From NCBI RefSeq assembly GCF_006345805.1, contig NC_043007.1, forward strand, positions 67,084,001 to 67,148,000: a DNA stretch of 64,000 nt. Reading direction: 5' to 3'. The notes beneath the pieces are model-generated. The model saw nothing but the letters and a program-made list of their open reading frames with translations, made no database searches and was not told the origin of the DNA. The translations under genes and the position numbers were made by a program. Shown here piece by piece: positions 41,401-56,400 of this stretch (positions are counted from its first letter, which is position 1; each line of letters starts with the position of its first letter). Source of the stretch: Octopus sinensis. Lineage: Eukaryota.

Positions 41401-44400
41401 ACCGAGTCTAGTTTTCCTGCCTTCAATAGCTGGTCAACTATAAGATCCTGTAAGGTAACAAAGACAAAAACCAATTTTTAAAAAATCAGAGTCATTTATG
41501 ATAAATATTATTGTTAATAACAGTTAAGTTGATAATAGTACATAAACTTACCATTATTGATTTTAAATTTTGGCACAAGGCCAGCAATCTAGGGGAAGGG
41601 GTAAGTCATTTACATCAGTCCCAGTCTTCAACTGGTATTTATTTTATCAGCCTTAAAAGGATGAAAAGTAAAATCGATCTCGGTGTAATTTGAACTTAAG
41701 ACCATGAAATATCGCTAAGCATTTCACCCAGCATACTAATGATTCTGCCAGTTCACCACCTTAACTTACCATAAGTATATTGTTCATTATCCTCATCATC
41801 ATTTAAAGTCCACCTTCCACGCTGGCATGGGTTGGATGGTTTGACAGAAACTAGTCAGGCAGAAGACTGTACCAGACTTCTGTGTCTATTTTGGCATGGT
41901 TTTCACAAGCTGGATGCCCTTCCTAATACCAACCACCAAGCAGAATGGACTGAGTGTTTTTTATGTGGTATCAGCACAAGCAAGGTCAGTTTTCACATGG
42001 TTTTTACAACTGGATGTCCTTCCAAACACCAACCACTTTACAGTGTGGACTATTACTGAATTATCAATGGCAGTAGAATGAATATCAAGGTTGGCTTTAG
42101 CAAAGGCACTGATGCACCAAATCCATACTCTTGGGCATTTCTGTCTGAGCCAACTGCTCTACCATCACACCATCATCAATAACAACATTAACAATGTCTT
42201 TATGTTGACACAGAATTTTGGAGTAAGTAGTACAGTCGTTTTAACTGACATTACAGAGTACTTATTTTGCTTTTATCAAGCTCAACAGAATTTGAGCTGA
42301 AAGTGTAGAGGGAAAAAAATACATGCTCTAAGACTTTAATAGAAATCTTAGACAAAACTAAACATTTAGAACATTGCTCTAATTTTCTAAAACTCCATCA
42401 CATTTTTGAAACAATAACAGGAATAATTTCTTACAGAAATTTTACAGAGATAGATTAACAATGCTCAAAGTTGAACTTTGCCTTTCATCTCACTAAGATC
42501 ATTAAAATAATGTCAAGCCAGGTGCATTTTAACCATTTAGCATTCAAATTACTCTGCCAAATCTAAAGCTTATTTATTCAAACTGTTTTGAATTAATCAT
42601 GTATTGTCTCATAGCTTTGAGATTTCAATGATGTCATTGCCTAGTTTTAGAATGACATTTAGGGTAGGTGTGAGGGGCTAGATATGGCCAGTTTGAACAT
42701 AAAACAGGAAGTATATTTGGGCCAGATATGGCTGGTTTAAATGCTAAAGGATAAAACCAACAATATATCCCAATACTACAAGGTATTTTAGTTTAACTCT
42801 TTGCTAATTTTCCAACTCTTTATAGAAAAGAAAATTCTCAAAATGATTTCAAACGGGTATAAAAACAGAAGCTGGTTCTATCAACTACAGAACTTGACTG
42901 GGTACTCTGTTACCAACAATAGACAGATAAACAGCAGAGCTGACCTTAGCAGGATTTGAGCTTAGAATATGACGAGATCTAATTGAATATCACAGGAAAT
43001 TCTAACCACCACCCTACTAATTCTGTCATCCACCATTATAACAATAATGATGATGACAACGAAGATAATGGTGATGATAATAATAATAATCCTTTCTACT
43101 AAATGCACAAGGCCTGAAATTTGGCAGGAAGGGACTAGTTGATTACATCAACCCTAGTGTTTCACTGGTACTTAATTTGCTGGCCCCTGAAAGGATGAAC
43201 AATAAAGTTGAACTCAGCGGAATTTGAACTCAGAACAAAGATAGACGAAATACCGCTAAGCATTTTGTCCAGCACGGTAACAATTCTGCCAGCTCACTGC
43301 CTTAATAATAATAATAATAATAGTGGTTTTGAATTTTGGCACAAGGCCAGCAATTTCGGGGTAGGGGGATGAGTCGAATACATCAACCCCAGAAATCAAC
43401 TGGTACCTATTTTATCAACCCAGAAAAGATGAAAGGCAAAATCAACCTTGGTGAAATTTGAACTCAGAACATAAAAAACAAACGAAGTGCCACTAAGCAC
43501 TTTGTCCAGCATGTTAATGATTCTGCCAGCTCACTGCTTTAATAATAATAATAATAATAATAATAATATATAACTACCTTGAATTCATTAGCAGCTATCT
43601 GTGTACAGACCAACGTCTTGGGCTGCAACACCCGTAGATCACCAAAATGATTGGGGAAGCAAATCAACGCACCCAACAGAGCCACAGCTTCAGTTTTGGG
43701 CACCTGTGAAAGATGGTAGAGACAACAAGAGTTAATATGAAGAGAAACAAGAAAATGTACATGAGAAACAAGAAAATATACAAATGTGCATGGCAGTTTT
43801 ATAAGTGTGTTTACCTGGAAGTATGAAAGAGTGCATAAGTGTTTTGTATGCATATGCACACATGTCTAAATGTTTATTTACAGCAAAAATAAGTACACTG
43901 TTACATGTGCATAGCAACTAAAACCATAATGTTGGACCTTAAGGCTTCAGTACTAATGAGTGTACATATTTTAGTAGAAGATGAGGTTAAACACTGCGTA
44001 GTAATCCTTGACACACCACACACACACACACACACACACACATATAAATGTTAATGACCTGTAAGAACACAGTATTTAGTTATGCAACCATAATATACAA
44101 CAAAGTGTATTAAACACTTTTATAAGTCAATACTGTGTTAGCAGTGATATTACATCACTTTTTAAGGTTATCTCGACAGATTTTTTAATAAAAATTATAG
44201 CCAGCACTGACTTTGTTACAATGTTTCGTATCCCAGGTACCTGATACAAACAGTGAAATCAAAGATGAAAAATGGGTAATGGGTGCATATACCATATTTC
44301 AAGAGTTTTTGTTCCTTCATCAGCACCCATCCAACCCATTAAACATCCATGAACACACTGCATATATGGCCACTAAATATAGTGGTGTCACATTATTGAA

Positions 44401-47400
44401 TATACAAATTTTACATATCAAACTCATTCCTGGAAGCGAGTATGTAAATATTAATGACTTGCATGGGCACACTGTATTTCGTTACACCGCTGTATTTAGT
44501 GGCTCTATAAGCAATGTGTTTGTGGATGATTAATGGGTTGGATGGGTACTGATGAAGGAGCAAAAACATCTGAAAAAAGATGTATATGCCCATTTCCTAT
44601 TTTCCATCTTCGATCTCATTATGATTTACATCAGACATCTCGGATACGAAACATCATAAAAAAATTAATGCTGGTTATAATTTCTATAGTAATTACCCAT
44701 TTTTCATCTTTGATCTCACTGTGGTTTACATCAAGTGTCTCGGATATAAAATGTAACAAAATCAGTGCTGGCTATAATTTCTACAGAAAATCTGTAGAGA
44801 TAACCTTGATAAGTAACATAGAGATGTGTTTGTAATTCACTTACCTCTGGATCAGAGCTAGAGATAATAGTTCCAGCAGCATGGATCGAATCTAATATGA
44901 GCAGTGTTGAACCTGGCAGAGGGGCGGAAAAAAACCAAGGCCCACAGTGTTTCACTAAAACATTTACCATATCCTGTAGTGGAAGAAATACAGAAAACAA
45001 TCAAGAAAAATATATCAAGATTATCAAGGAACAATGGATGCATGAATGATTACGAGCTTAAATTTTACTACCCAGTGCCATAAATGAAATATGTAAGCAC
45101 TAAACTCTTGAGCATATACAGACTTGAAAATAATTGCAATCATTTTAGTACAAGTCTAAGAGGTCATAATTTTATATGGTATTTTAAATCTTGAAGATGG
45201 AGTTTCGTAAACATGATGTTAAATTTAGCAATTTAATTGCTGCAAGTTAAACCCTGCACCCACTTTGAACAAGTTGTTTTGTATATATTTAAAAATGAGT
45301 GTTGGTTACATAACACATGAACACACTGGTCATTTTTATGGGTACATTGTCAATTTTTTCAAGCAGAAGTAAGAAGAGACTGATTACAAAATTCAGTTAG
45401 GTACACTGCTGTTGTTAATGACCTGTTTGTATGTTTATGATGAAAGACTTCAATACAAGCTAATAAAAGAATGAATACAACAGCGAGTATATATTGACTT
45501 AACTAGCCAATATGACCTCACCAAAATACAAAATATTGTTGCTTCATATAATTCAAGATCAAACCATTTTCCAAACATGTACAAGAAATCAAATTCTGTA
45601 AATCATCAACACCATCCTTTAACATCTCTTTTCCATGCTGGCACAGGTTGGACTGTTTGACAAGAACAGACAAGCCAGAGGGCTCTGCCAGGTTCTATTT
45701 CAGTTTTGTCATGGTTTCTACAACTGGATGCCCCTCCTAAAACCAAATACTTAACAGAATTTGCTGGGTGCGAGCTGGCAGAAATGTTAGCACGCCGGAC
45801 GAAATGCTTAGCGGTATTTCGTCTGCCGTTACGTTCTGAGTTCAAATTCCACCCAGGTTGACTTTGCCTTTCATCCTTTCGGGGTCAATTAAATAAGTAC
45901 CAGTTACGCACTGGGGTCAATATGATCGACTTAAGTCATTTGTCTGTCTTTGTTTGTCTTCTTTGTGTTTAGCCCCTTGTGGGTAGGAAAGAAATAGGTA
46001 TTTCGTCTGCCATTACATTCCAAGTTCAAATTCCACCGAGGTCGACTTTGCCTTTCATCCTTTTGGGGTCGATAAATTAAGTACCAGTTATGCACTGGAG
46101 TCGATATAATCGACAATCCCTTTGTCTGTCCTTGTTTGTCCCCTCTGTGTGTAGCCCCTTGTGGGTAATAAAGAAATAAGAGTTTGCTGGGTGCTTTCTA
46201 CATGCCACCAGCATGGGTGCGTTACACAGCACTGGCACAGGTGTGTTTACACGGCACCAACATGGCTGCATTTATGTGCCACCAACACCTGGAAGGACAA
46301 GCCTGTATGTATGAATGACAGGGCTTTTACTTAGCTTAACACATCTTTTCAAATACAGTAAATTGCCACAATTCCCAGTCCCTTGTCATTTCCTCAGTGA
46401 GGCCCGCATCTAAAGATCCTTCTCACCACTTCATCCCACATCTTCCTGGGTCTATCCCTTCCACAGCTCTCCTACACAATAAGAGCTTGGCAATTCTTTA
46501 TGCAGCTGTCCTCATCCATACACATCACGTGAATAAATGAACACAGTCTTCTCTCTTGCACACAACATCTGATGCCTCTTATACCCAGTTTTCCTCCCAA
46601 ATCATTTACACTCTGCCATGCATGCACTGCACATTATAAGCATTTTCATACTCTTGAAAAAATAAATAATGAAATTATTACCTGCTCCTGGGAAACCAGT
46701 CCCAAATGCAAGGCCTGATAGAAGTGAGTGAGTGAATCCAAAGGTAAAAATGTATTGTCACGACGTACAAACATTTGGCAAAGGAGTTGATATGCTATCA
46801 ATTTGCTATTTTTGTATCTGTTCGGCAACTGCAAACACTGTAAAAACACAGAAACATTAAAAATATAACTTAAAGCTTAATACTGCGTCATCATCATCTT
46901 TTAATCTCTGTCTTCCATGCTGACATGGGTTACACAAAGAAGGAAAACACATAAAAACACAAATTTAAATTAATAACTATAATCATTTTTCTATTATTAA
47001 ACAATAGGCAATTGTTTAATCAAAAATAAGAAATCAAAAATATAATAATACATTCCTACCCCTACATTATTTGAGTGGTTCTTATTTTATCAACCCAAGA
47101 AAGATGACTGGTGGTTGGGAAGATAAATTGAATTTTGGAAGAAGAAAAACATCTTTGTGCCAAAAGAGCAACAACTCTTTAGCATTTAAACCATATCTGG
47201 CCTAAAATGTTCTACTTGTTTTATGTTCAAACTGGCCAGATCTGTCCAGTCACACCTAACTGACAATGTCATTTAAATCAAACAATCACATCATTGAAAT
47301 CTCAAAGCTACAAGATAATGCAAGATTATTTCAAAACATTGTAAATGAATAAGTATAACATTTGACAGAATAATCTGAATGCTAAAGAGTTAAAGGTTTA

Positions 47401-50400
47401 AAAGTAACTTACTTCAAATAACCATGAAGAAAATATGGCGAGAGGTGGAATCAACTCTGGAGGTGCTGGAGAACATTGGTTGTCTAATGTCACTCCAAGA
47501 TTTTCTCTCATCTGAAATATCAAATTGTCACACTGCTGAGAAAAAGGATTATTTTTATGATAGCTTAATAAAGTAAAATGATGGGGAATCAAACCCATAT
47601 ATCTTGATTAATAAATATAGTTTACATTTTTCTTCTGTGTTCAAGTATCACCATTGTTATTTCGTATGTATGAATACACAACAGACACACAAACTAAAAT
47701 GCACCAACACTCACACACACACACATACTGTGTGCACATGCATGCACACAGACACCTGTGTTACATCACTATTTACCTTAATCATTGTCTCCATGAGTCC
47801 TTGGAGACACTTATAGACGGATGTGTGGATTTCAGTACTTTCTATTTCATTGACATTGCCTAACACTCCCAGCATCCTCCGCCACAGCACCACAGCAACG
47901 TCAGGTGTCCAACCCATGATATAGCCACCAGCCAGTACACTCTTGTACTCCTCAAAATTGTCCACTCCAGCAATAGACTCTGGAAGAGAGTTAAATATAC
48001 ATTTATTATTATTACTATCACTACATCTTCAGGTCATTACACTGCATGACAATTTTTTTTTTTCTTTTGTCTTTGGTCAGTAAGTGTTATTTCCTATCTG
48101 CTTCTATCTGGAAATCAAAGGCAATTACTACTATTCCCTTCAAACTTTGCTTCTGTGATCTGGACAACAATGTTTTGAAACTGACCAATTTTCCAATACA
48201 TCTCAGAGAGATTCGGCACTGAGTTGCTGAAACAGAAGAATCATTATAGCAAATATTCTGCTCAATAACAGGTTTGCTTGTCAGTTGCTTCACCATAACC
48301 AGTTGAGTATGTTCCTTAATGGCTGACAATACGTGCATCTCTGATCATAAGTAGGTGTAGTGGGGAAGCACCACAGCCATGTGTTGATAGGGATTCTTTG
48401 GGATTTGAATACATGTAACAAAAGCAAAGTTTGAAGGAAATATTAGCCATTTTCCATAGTTTCTAGAGGTAAACAAATAGGAAATAAAATTTGCTACTCA
48501 AGGACAAAAATAGTGTTACACAAGGTTATCAATTTGTAGTTAATCACCACACAACCAAAGGTAGACTATAAAGTCTTGCTGTGAAGGTTAATTCAAGTTA
48601 ATTTTTATAAATAATCAGCATACCTGACTCTTAGAGTCAATTTAAATAGATGAGTAAGATCTAAAATCACAATAAATGCATTCTCATTAACTTGGATTTC
48701 AAATCAAAACTCTCCATAGCAAAACTAATTTTATAAGCTTATGCTATGTTCCGTGTGATAATAGATAAAATAAGTAACAGTGAATGTCCATCAAATCATC
48801 ACTATACTCTGCTATACATCAACAGTTTAATATCTGCACCTAACTGGAGAGTAGTTAATCAAATATAACAGATTAGAGGAATCTAATATGAAGTGAAAAA
48901 CAGAAATACAATAGTGCAGTTCTTGATCATGTGCACTTGATAAACTTGGGTTTATGAACAATCTTCATAAGATTAAGTATGGTTCCATACACAAAATAGA
49001 ATTATTATCTATATCCCACATCTTTTGATGTCACAATTCTTCCTACAATCATCTTTTTCAGTCATCCCAGTCATCATAATGAACATGATCATATAACACT
49101 TTGGGTAAGACCCTTACTATTATTAATACTACTAATTATAACCGTAGTTATAATTGTCATAATCACAGCAGTAACTTATACCACATCAATGATGTACAGT
49201 TGCTATTTCAGATGTAAATACAAGACAACTGAAGGCAAAATTAGTTAAAAAGTAAACCTACATGGTAGCCATGCAGGCTAACAGTAAAAAGTTAAAAGAT
49301 AAGTAAATTTTTACCTCGATTTATGGGGCCTTCATCTGCCCCCGATCCAGCCACAACATCAATATGTAAGCTATCACGATCTGGAGTAGGACTGTCTTTT
49401 GGATTGAGTTCCACAGCCAGTTCACTTGTTGGTGACTGGCTACGAGAATCTGACTTAGAATGGATTGACATTATTGACGGCGTCCGCGACACTGCAGAAA
49501 GAAAGAGAGCAATATTTGAGGTAAATAAAAGAGGTTACATTAACACTAAAATCTTAATCACATACTGTCAATAGCAACAAAATATTAATTGGTCAAAATT
49601 CTTTTATTGTTGATAAAAGCGATATTTGCCCCTTACATCCACACCTGTCTTCTTTTTTATTTCTAATTCATCTCCCACCTTTTCAGCTGAACAGTATCCT
49701 GCTACCTCTTCAACCCCCTACTCTACAATTTACTTCCTCCCACATTGTTACTGACCTTTATAAACTGCTGAAAGTCTGGGGCATTATCATCACACATTTT
49801 AACATCAGTTTGGGTTGGACAGGTGTCTCTATAACAGCTTATTTCAATGTACCTCAATATTGTGTCATACTGAATTCAAATTTATGCACAAAGCCAGCAA
49901 GTTTGGAAGAGGAGTTAAATTGATTACATCAACCCCTGTATTCAACCAGAACTTAGGTTATCAAGCCCAAAAGGATGAAAGGCAAAGTTAATCTTGGTGG
50001 AATTTGAATTCAGAATATAAAATCAGACAGATGAAATGCTAAACAAATTTGCAAATTTCTGAAGAAAGAGAAGCATCCAAAGTGATAGACTTCAGTTCTT
50101 TCTCATGGTATGAAGCACATTTAACTATTTAAACTATTGTTACCAGCGTCGCCTTACTGACACTTGTTCCGGTGTGCAGGTGACGTAAAAAAAAAAAAAA
50201 CACAATTTTTCGTGGCCGTTGCCAGTACCGCCTGACTGGCCCTCATGCACCCACTACACTCTCTACACTCTCAGAGTAGTTGGCATTAGGAAGAGCATCC
50301 AGCTGTAGAACTCTGCCAGATCAAGATTGGAGCCTGGTGCAGCCATCTGGTTCGCCAGTCCTCAGTCAAATCGTCCAACCCATGCTAGCGTGGAAAGCGG

Positions 50401-53400
50401 ACGTTAAAAGATGATGATGATGATGATGATAAAAATAGTCTTAAAGAATCCTTTGACAGACTTCAGGTACTCCAAAAACACATAATATATTTAGAATATC
50501 TCTGGCTGAGACAGAGTTTGAACCAAAAGGTTTAAAAATATAAAAGAAGGAATAAAATAAAGAATCATTAGCAAATCCCACAAAACAGAGGGACAAAAAC
50601 TTCAATAATAAAAACCAAGCAAACACTTACACCTTCCGGAATTCTCCAAGTCTGACTTTTCTAAGCTGATAGCATCGAGCATGGAGTCTGTTGATGGCAA
50701 TAATGCAGTACATGTAATGTTTTCGCTTCCGTTACCAGTACTACTGTCACTGCCTTCGATTTCATGTATCACAGTTGTTGATGATGAGGATGATGTAGTT
50801 GTTGTTGTGGTGGTGGTGGTTGTTGCTGCTGTTGTTGTCGTCGTCATGGTTGTCGTCGTGGTGGTGGTTATCACAGCTACTTCATGGTCCTGATCCTCTC
50901 CTCCAGACAATGATGTGCGTCTCCCTGCAATAGACAGAAAAGTTCAATATGGAACAGCCAGCTATGAACATCTGCTAAATATTAGGCACTCTTTAATATT
51001 TCATTTTCCTTTGTTACCTCATTGACACATCTCCAGAATTTTACCAATACTTCTTTTATCAGAAGCTGAACCAAGAAAAAGGTTATGGTAATCAAAGCAG
51101 AACTTTAACTCCGAAATGAAGAAGAGAAAAAAAAAAAAAAGAAAAAAAAACACAATTTTTCGTGGCCGTTGCCAGTACCGCCTGACTGGCCCTCATGCAC
51201 CCACTACACTCTCTACACTCTCAGAGTAGTTGGCATTAGGAAGAGCATCCAGCTGTAGAACTCTGCCAGATCAAGATTGGAGCCTGGTGCAGCCATCTGG
51301 TTCGCCAGTCCTCAGTCAAATCGTCCAACCCATGCTAGCGTGGAAAGCGGACGTTAAAAGATGATGATGATGATGATGATAAAAATAGTCTTAAAGAATC
51401 CTTTGACAGACTTCAGGTACTCCAAAAACACATAATATATTTAGAATATCTCTGGCTGAGACAGAGTTTGAACCAAAAGGTTTAAAAATATAAAAGAAGG
51501 AATAAAATAAAGAATCATTAGCAAATCCCACAAAACAGAGGGACAAAAACTTCAATAATAAAAACCAAGCAAACACTTACACCTTCCGGAATTCTCCAAG
51601 TCTGACTTTTCTAAGCTGATAGCATCGAGCATGGAGTCTGTTGATGGCAATAATGCAGTACATGTAATGTTTTCGCTTCCGTTACCAGTACTACTGTCAC
51701 TGCCTTCGATTTCATGTATCACAGTTGTTGATGATGAGGATGATGTAGTTGTTGTTGTGGTGGTGGTGGTTGTTGCTGCTGTTGTTGTCGTCGTCATGGT
51801 TGTCGTCGTGGTGGTGGTTATCACAGCTACTTCATGGTCCTGATCCTCTCCTCCAGACAATGATGTGCGTCTCCCTGCAATAGACAGAAAAGTTCAATAT
51901 GGAACAGCCAGCTATGAACATCTGCTAAATATTAGGCACTCTTTAATATTTCATTTTCCTTTGTTACCTCATTGACACATCTCCAGAATTTTACCAATAC
52001 TTCTTTTATCAGAAGCTGAACCAAGAAAAAGGTTATGGTAATCAAAGCAGAACTTTAACTCCGAAATGAAGAAGAGAAAAAAAAAAAAAGAAAAAAAAAA
52101 CTGGTCTAGGTTTTTAATTTTAGTACCAGTACTATCAAACTACACGATACACAGACACATGATACCACTAACATTGACTCAAGTAACAAGTGTCACTAAT
52201 ATATAATGTGAGAGAGGGATGTGACAGGAGAGGAGATATGGATAGAAAGTGAGACATACAGGGAAAGAGTGTGAGACTGACATAGTGGGAGAGAGTGAGA
52301 GACTGACATAGTGGGAGAGAGTGTGAGACCGACATAGTGGGAGAGAGTGTGAGACTGACATAGTGGGAGAGAGTGTGAGACTGACATAGTGGGAGAGAGT
52401 GTGAGACTGACATAGTGGGAGAGAGTGTGAGACTGACATAGTGGGAGAGAGTGTGAGACTGACATAGTGGGAGAGAGTGTGAGACTGACATAGTGGGAGA
52501 GAGTGTGAGACTGACATAGTGGGAGAGAGTGTGAGACTGACATAGTGGGAGAGAGTGTGAGACTGACATAGTGGGAGAGCGTGAGAGACTGACATAGTGG
52601 GGGAGCATGAGAGACTGACATAGTGGGAGAGCGTGAGAGACTGACATAGTGGGAGAGCGTGAGAGACTGACATAGTGGGAGAGCGTGAGAGACTGACATA
52701 GTGGGAGAGCGTGAGAGACTGACATAGTGGGAGAGCGTGAGAGGCTGACATAGTGGGAGAGCATGAGAGGCTGACATAGTGGGAGAGCGTGAGAGACTGA
52801 CATAGTGGGAGAGCGTGAGAGACTGACATAGTGGGAGAGCGTGAGAGACTGACATAGTGGGAGAGCATGAGAGACTGACATAGTGGGAGAGCGTGAGAGA
52901 CTGACATAGTGGGAGAGCGTGAGAGACTGACATAGTGGGAGAGCATGAGAGACTGACATAGTGGGAGAGCGTGAGAGACTGACATAGTGGGAGAGCGTGA
53001 GAGACTGACATAGTGGGAGAGCGTGAGAGACTGACATAGTGGGAGAGCGTGAGAGACTGACATAGTGGGAGAGTGTGAGAGACTGACATAGTGGGAGAGT
53101 GTGAGAGACTGACATAGTGGGAGAGCGTGAGAGACTGACATAGTGGGAGAGTGGGAGAGACTGACATAGTGAGAGAGTGTGAGAGACTGACATAGTGGGA
53201 GAGTGTGAGAGACTGACATAGAGGGAGAGTGTGAGAGACTTACAGGCTGGGAGATTGTGAGAGATTGACAGACTGGGAAAGTGTGTGAGATGGACAGACT
53301 GGGAGAAGGTGCGAGATTGACAGACTGGGAGAAGGTGCGAGACTGACAGACTGAGAGAAGGTGCGAGACTGACAGACTGGAAGAAGGTGCGAGACTGACA

Positions 53401-56400
53401 GACTGGAAGAAGGTGCAAGACTGACAGATGAGGAGAGAACATGAGACAGATAGGTAAAGAAAAATAGAGTTAGACAGATAGAGAAAGCAACAGAAAGTTA
53501 GACAGAGAGGGAGAAGAATGTCAGATACTGGGTGTTGGAGAATCAGAGAGAGGAAAGAGAAATAGAGAGAGTCAGTAGTAGATTTGGAGATAGGCTAATA
53601 GATTAGGAGATAGTGAGGGAGTCAAAGAGAGAGAAAGAGAATTATACGTGGTAAAAAAGTTAGAGTTAAACAGGGAGAAATATGGAGAAAGTCAAACAGA
53701 GCAGAGAGTGAGTAAAAGATGACGACACAAAGTGACAGAAATAGAGAAACAAGGAGACATAGATGCTTTGTCTTTCAAAATATTTGTGCAAGTGAAGCAT
53801 TTGGTAGTTCTCTTAGCAGAGAAAGATATTAGCTCAAAATATCAGAAAAACGTTCGGTTATTTTTTAAGAGAAGCTAAAAAAAAAAATTCTACTATTTTA
53901 AGCTATAGATTCCAGAGAAGAAATATATTATAGGAGTTTTAGTGCTGTTATTAGGGCAAGATCTAGAAGTCCTAACTTAAACATGCCTTTCTCAAGAATA
54001 TTTCAGTTATTCTTCATGATGGCAATATTAATTAAAGCATAGCATTGCAGCAATATATGTCTCTTGACTGAATAAGCAATGACTGAATTGCAAAGCAGTA
54101 TGGTATCTAACAATTTTGCATTGAAATTTAACTATAATTGATTTGAAATGTTATCTGACAGAGTCAATAAAATAATCACCAGCAGTAGACATAGAAAAGT
54201 ATTTATAAACATACAATCAGTTGAATGTATTCACATAGTTTATAAGCCTTGCTTGGCCTGTTCAAACCATTCAGTAAACATTTTAGGAGTAACTTTGACG
54301 GATGTCTAACTTTGATGAATGTCTGCAACCTGAGTAAACATCAATATGGATCAACTGTGAAAGAAAGGTAGGTAGCCACTGAAATATTTCTTGATATCTC
54401 ACAAACATTGAAAACTACTGTCAGTTTCCAAGATATAATAACCAAGTTTATGTTGGAATGGTCTGAAGTATGATTTTATAACTTGGGGAAAAAAAAGAGT
54501 GTGTGGCGCACTCTGCATAAAAGAAATTCTCAAAAATTTTTCCAAATCAAACAAAAATGGCTGGACATCAGACACTAATTAGAATGTCAAGACAACAATA
54601 ATTCCCTCTCGTTCCAGAAATCCATTTTTGCAGGGTGTAACTTGCAGATTAATGAGGTGTATCACATGTACTTTGAACTTTTGAATACTAGAATAATGAA
54701 TCATCAGTTTCAGTCTTTCAATAGTTTCAGCCATTCTTGGGCACCACTATCAAAACCAAAGAATACTCATGAAGCAAGAAATCAAATCCTGTTTCCAAAC
54801 AGATTTAACATGATTATTATACTAGCTATCATGTTAAAATATTAGTATTTATTAAAAAAATAGATGTTCAGTTAAGTAGTAAAATTGATATAATCAACTA
54901 TGTCCACCTTTTCCCCATGTTTTGGCTAGGTATATAAATAAAGTGATCAATAATGATACCCTGCAACAAGATTTAATCAACAGACACTGGGAAAAGATAT
55001 AAGGCAAGAAAATAAATTTGTCAGAGTAAAAAAGTTATACAAAATATTTTAAAATATAGTGAAGTTAAGAATCATAAACAGGCTATAGATATTGCTAGGC
55101 TAAAAATTCAATACATGCAACAAATACAGGAGGGTTAAAATCACAAGGCACTAGTGAAAGAGAGAGGAAGATCAATATGCTAAATGCTACGGGGAGGTAA
55201 AACCTAGCAAAATTACAGACAAATGGAAGGAGAAAACTCACTAAATTATTAACACATGCAGAATGGTAAAATTATGGAAGCTTCAGGCAAATGTTAGAAA
55301 AGGTAAAACATTATAACACTACAAAATAATCAAATTTATAAAGACAATGAAAGGCAAACACAAAAAAGTTAACTGTTAGTTACTATGATCAAAATCACAC
55401 AATACTACAAATGGCAATAACATCATCATCTGACTGCAGCAGTAAATGGCTGCAACCCTCCACAATTAATTGTGGTCAAATAATTGGGAAACTGCTTCTG
55501 GCCATTGATGGGATTTTAATCTTTAGACAGAATTTAAACTCAGAATGCAAGGAGCTGGAACAGATGCAAGGCATTTCATCCAACACAAACAATTCCACAA
55601 ATCCACTGATTTGGATTGGTGTTCCGTTTATCAATCTCAAAAGGTTACAAAGAAAAGTGAACTTCAGTGAGATTTGAACTCAGAGCACAAAGACCAAAGA
55701 AAAAATACTGTAAAGGCACTTTAGCCAATGCTCCAACAATTCTACCAAATTGCCAACAGTAACATTGTCATAATAATAATAATCCTTTCTACTATAGGCA
55801 CAAGGCCTGAAATATTGGGGGAAGGGGAAAGTCAACCACATCAACCTGAGTACTCAACTGGTACTTAATCAACCCTGAAAGGATGAAAGACAATGTCAAC
55901 TTTGGCAGAATTTGAACTCAGAACATAAAGACGAACAAAGTGCTGCTAAGCATTTTGTCCGGTATGCTAACGATTCTGCCAGAATAATAATAATTATAAA
56001 CCATATCTAGTTTGACATGAAGTTGAAACACAGTTATGGCAACCCACCAGACAAATTAATACTCAGAATTATACTGTAAAAATTATCATTAAAATCGAAA
56101 ATAATACAAAAAAGCATGCCTCAAAAATATACTCATTTGGGTTAGGTCAGGAACCATGCAAATGTGATTGGGTTCAGTGAATAACTAATTAATTATCAAA
56201 CAAGACACAAATGCAGAACAAGCAAAAGCTATATTCTCACCTGCAGCAGCAGTGTGAAAGTCTTCATTATCTGTGATACTAATTTCTTTCTGATCAGATT
56301 GGCAACTGGCACCTGATAAGCAAGACAAATATCCATCTTCTCAACAACCATGCAAGAGTGTAGCCACATTGTAACACACACACATACACACACACACACA

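Larger units (their letters stand above)
50201..52100. repeat. 950-bp near-identical tandem duplication (50201-51150 / 51151-52100)
   Basis: Units appear identical apart from the A-tract at the junctions. Confidence 0.97.

Noticed and set aside
52168-53442. Three overlapping 323-424-aa ORFs, and a possible CRISPR-like array
   Set aside because: All three frames are open only because the 26-bp unit lacks minus-strand stops. The repeats are contiguous with no unique spacers, and the context is eukaryotic.
53900-55300. Possible highly decayed CR1/L2-like RT remnant
   Set aside because: Only faint motif hints by eye, too degraded to support without an HMM search.
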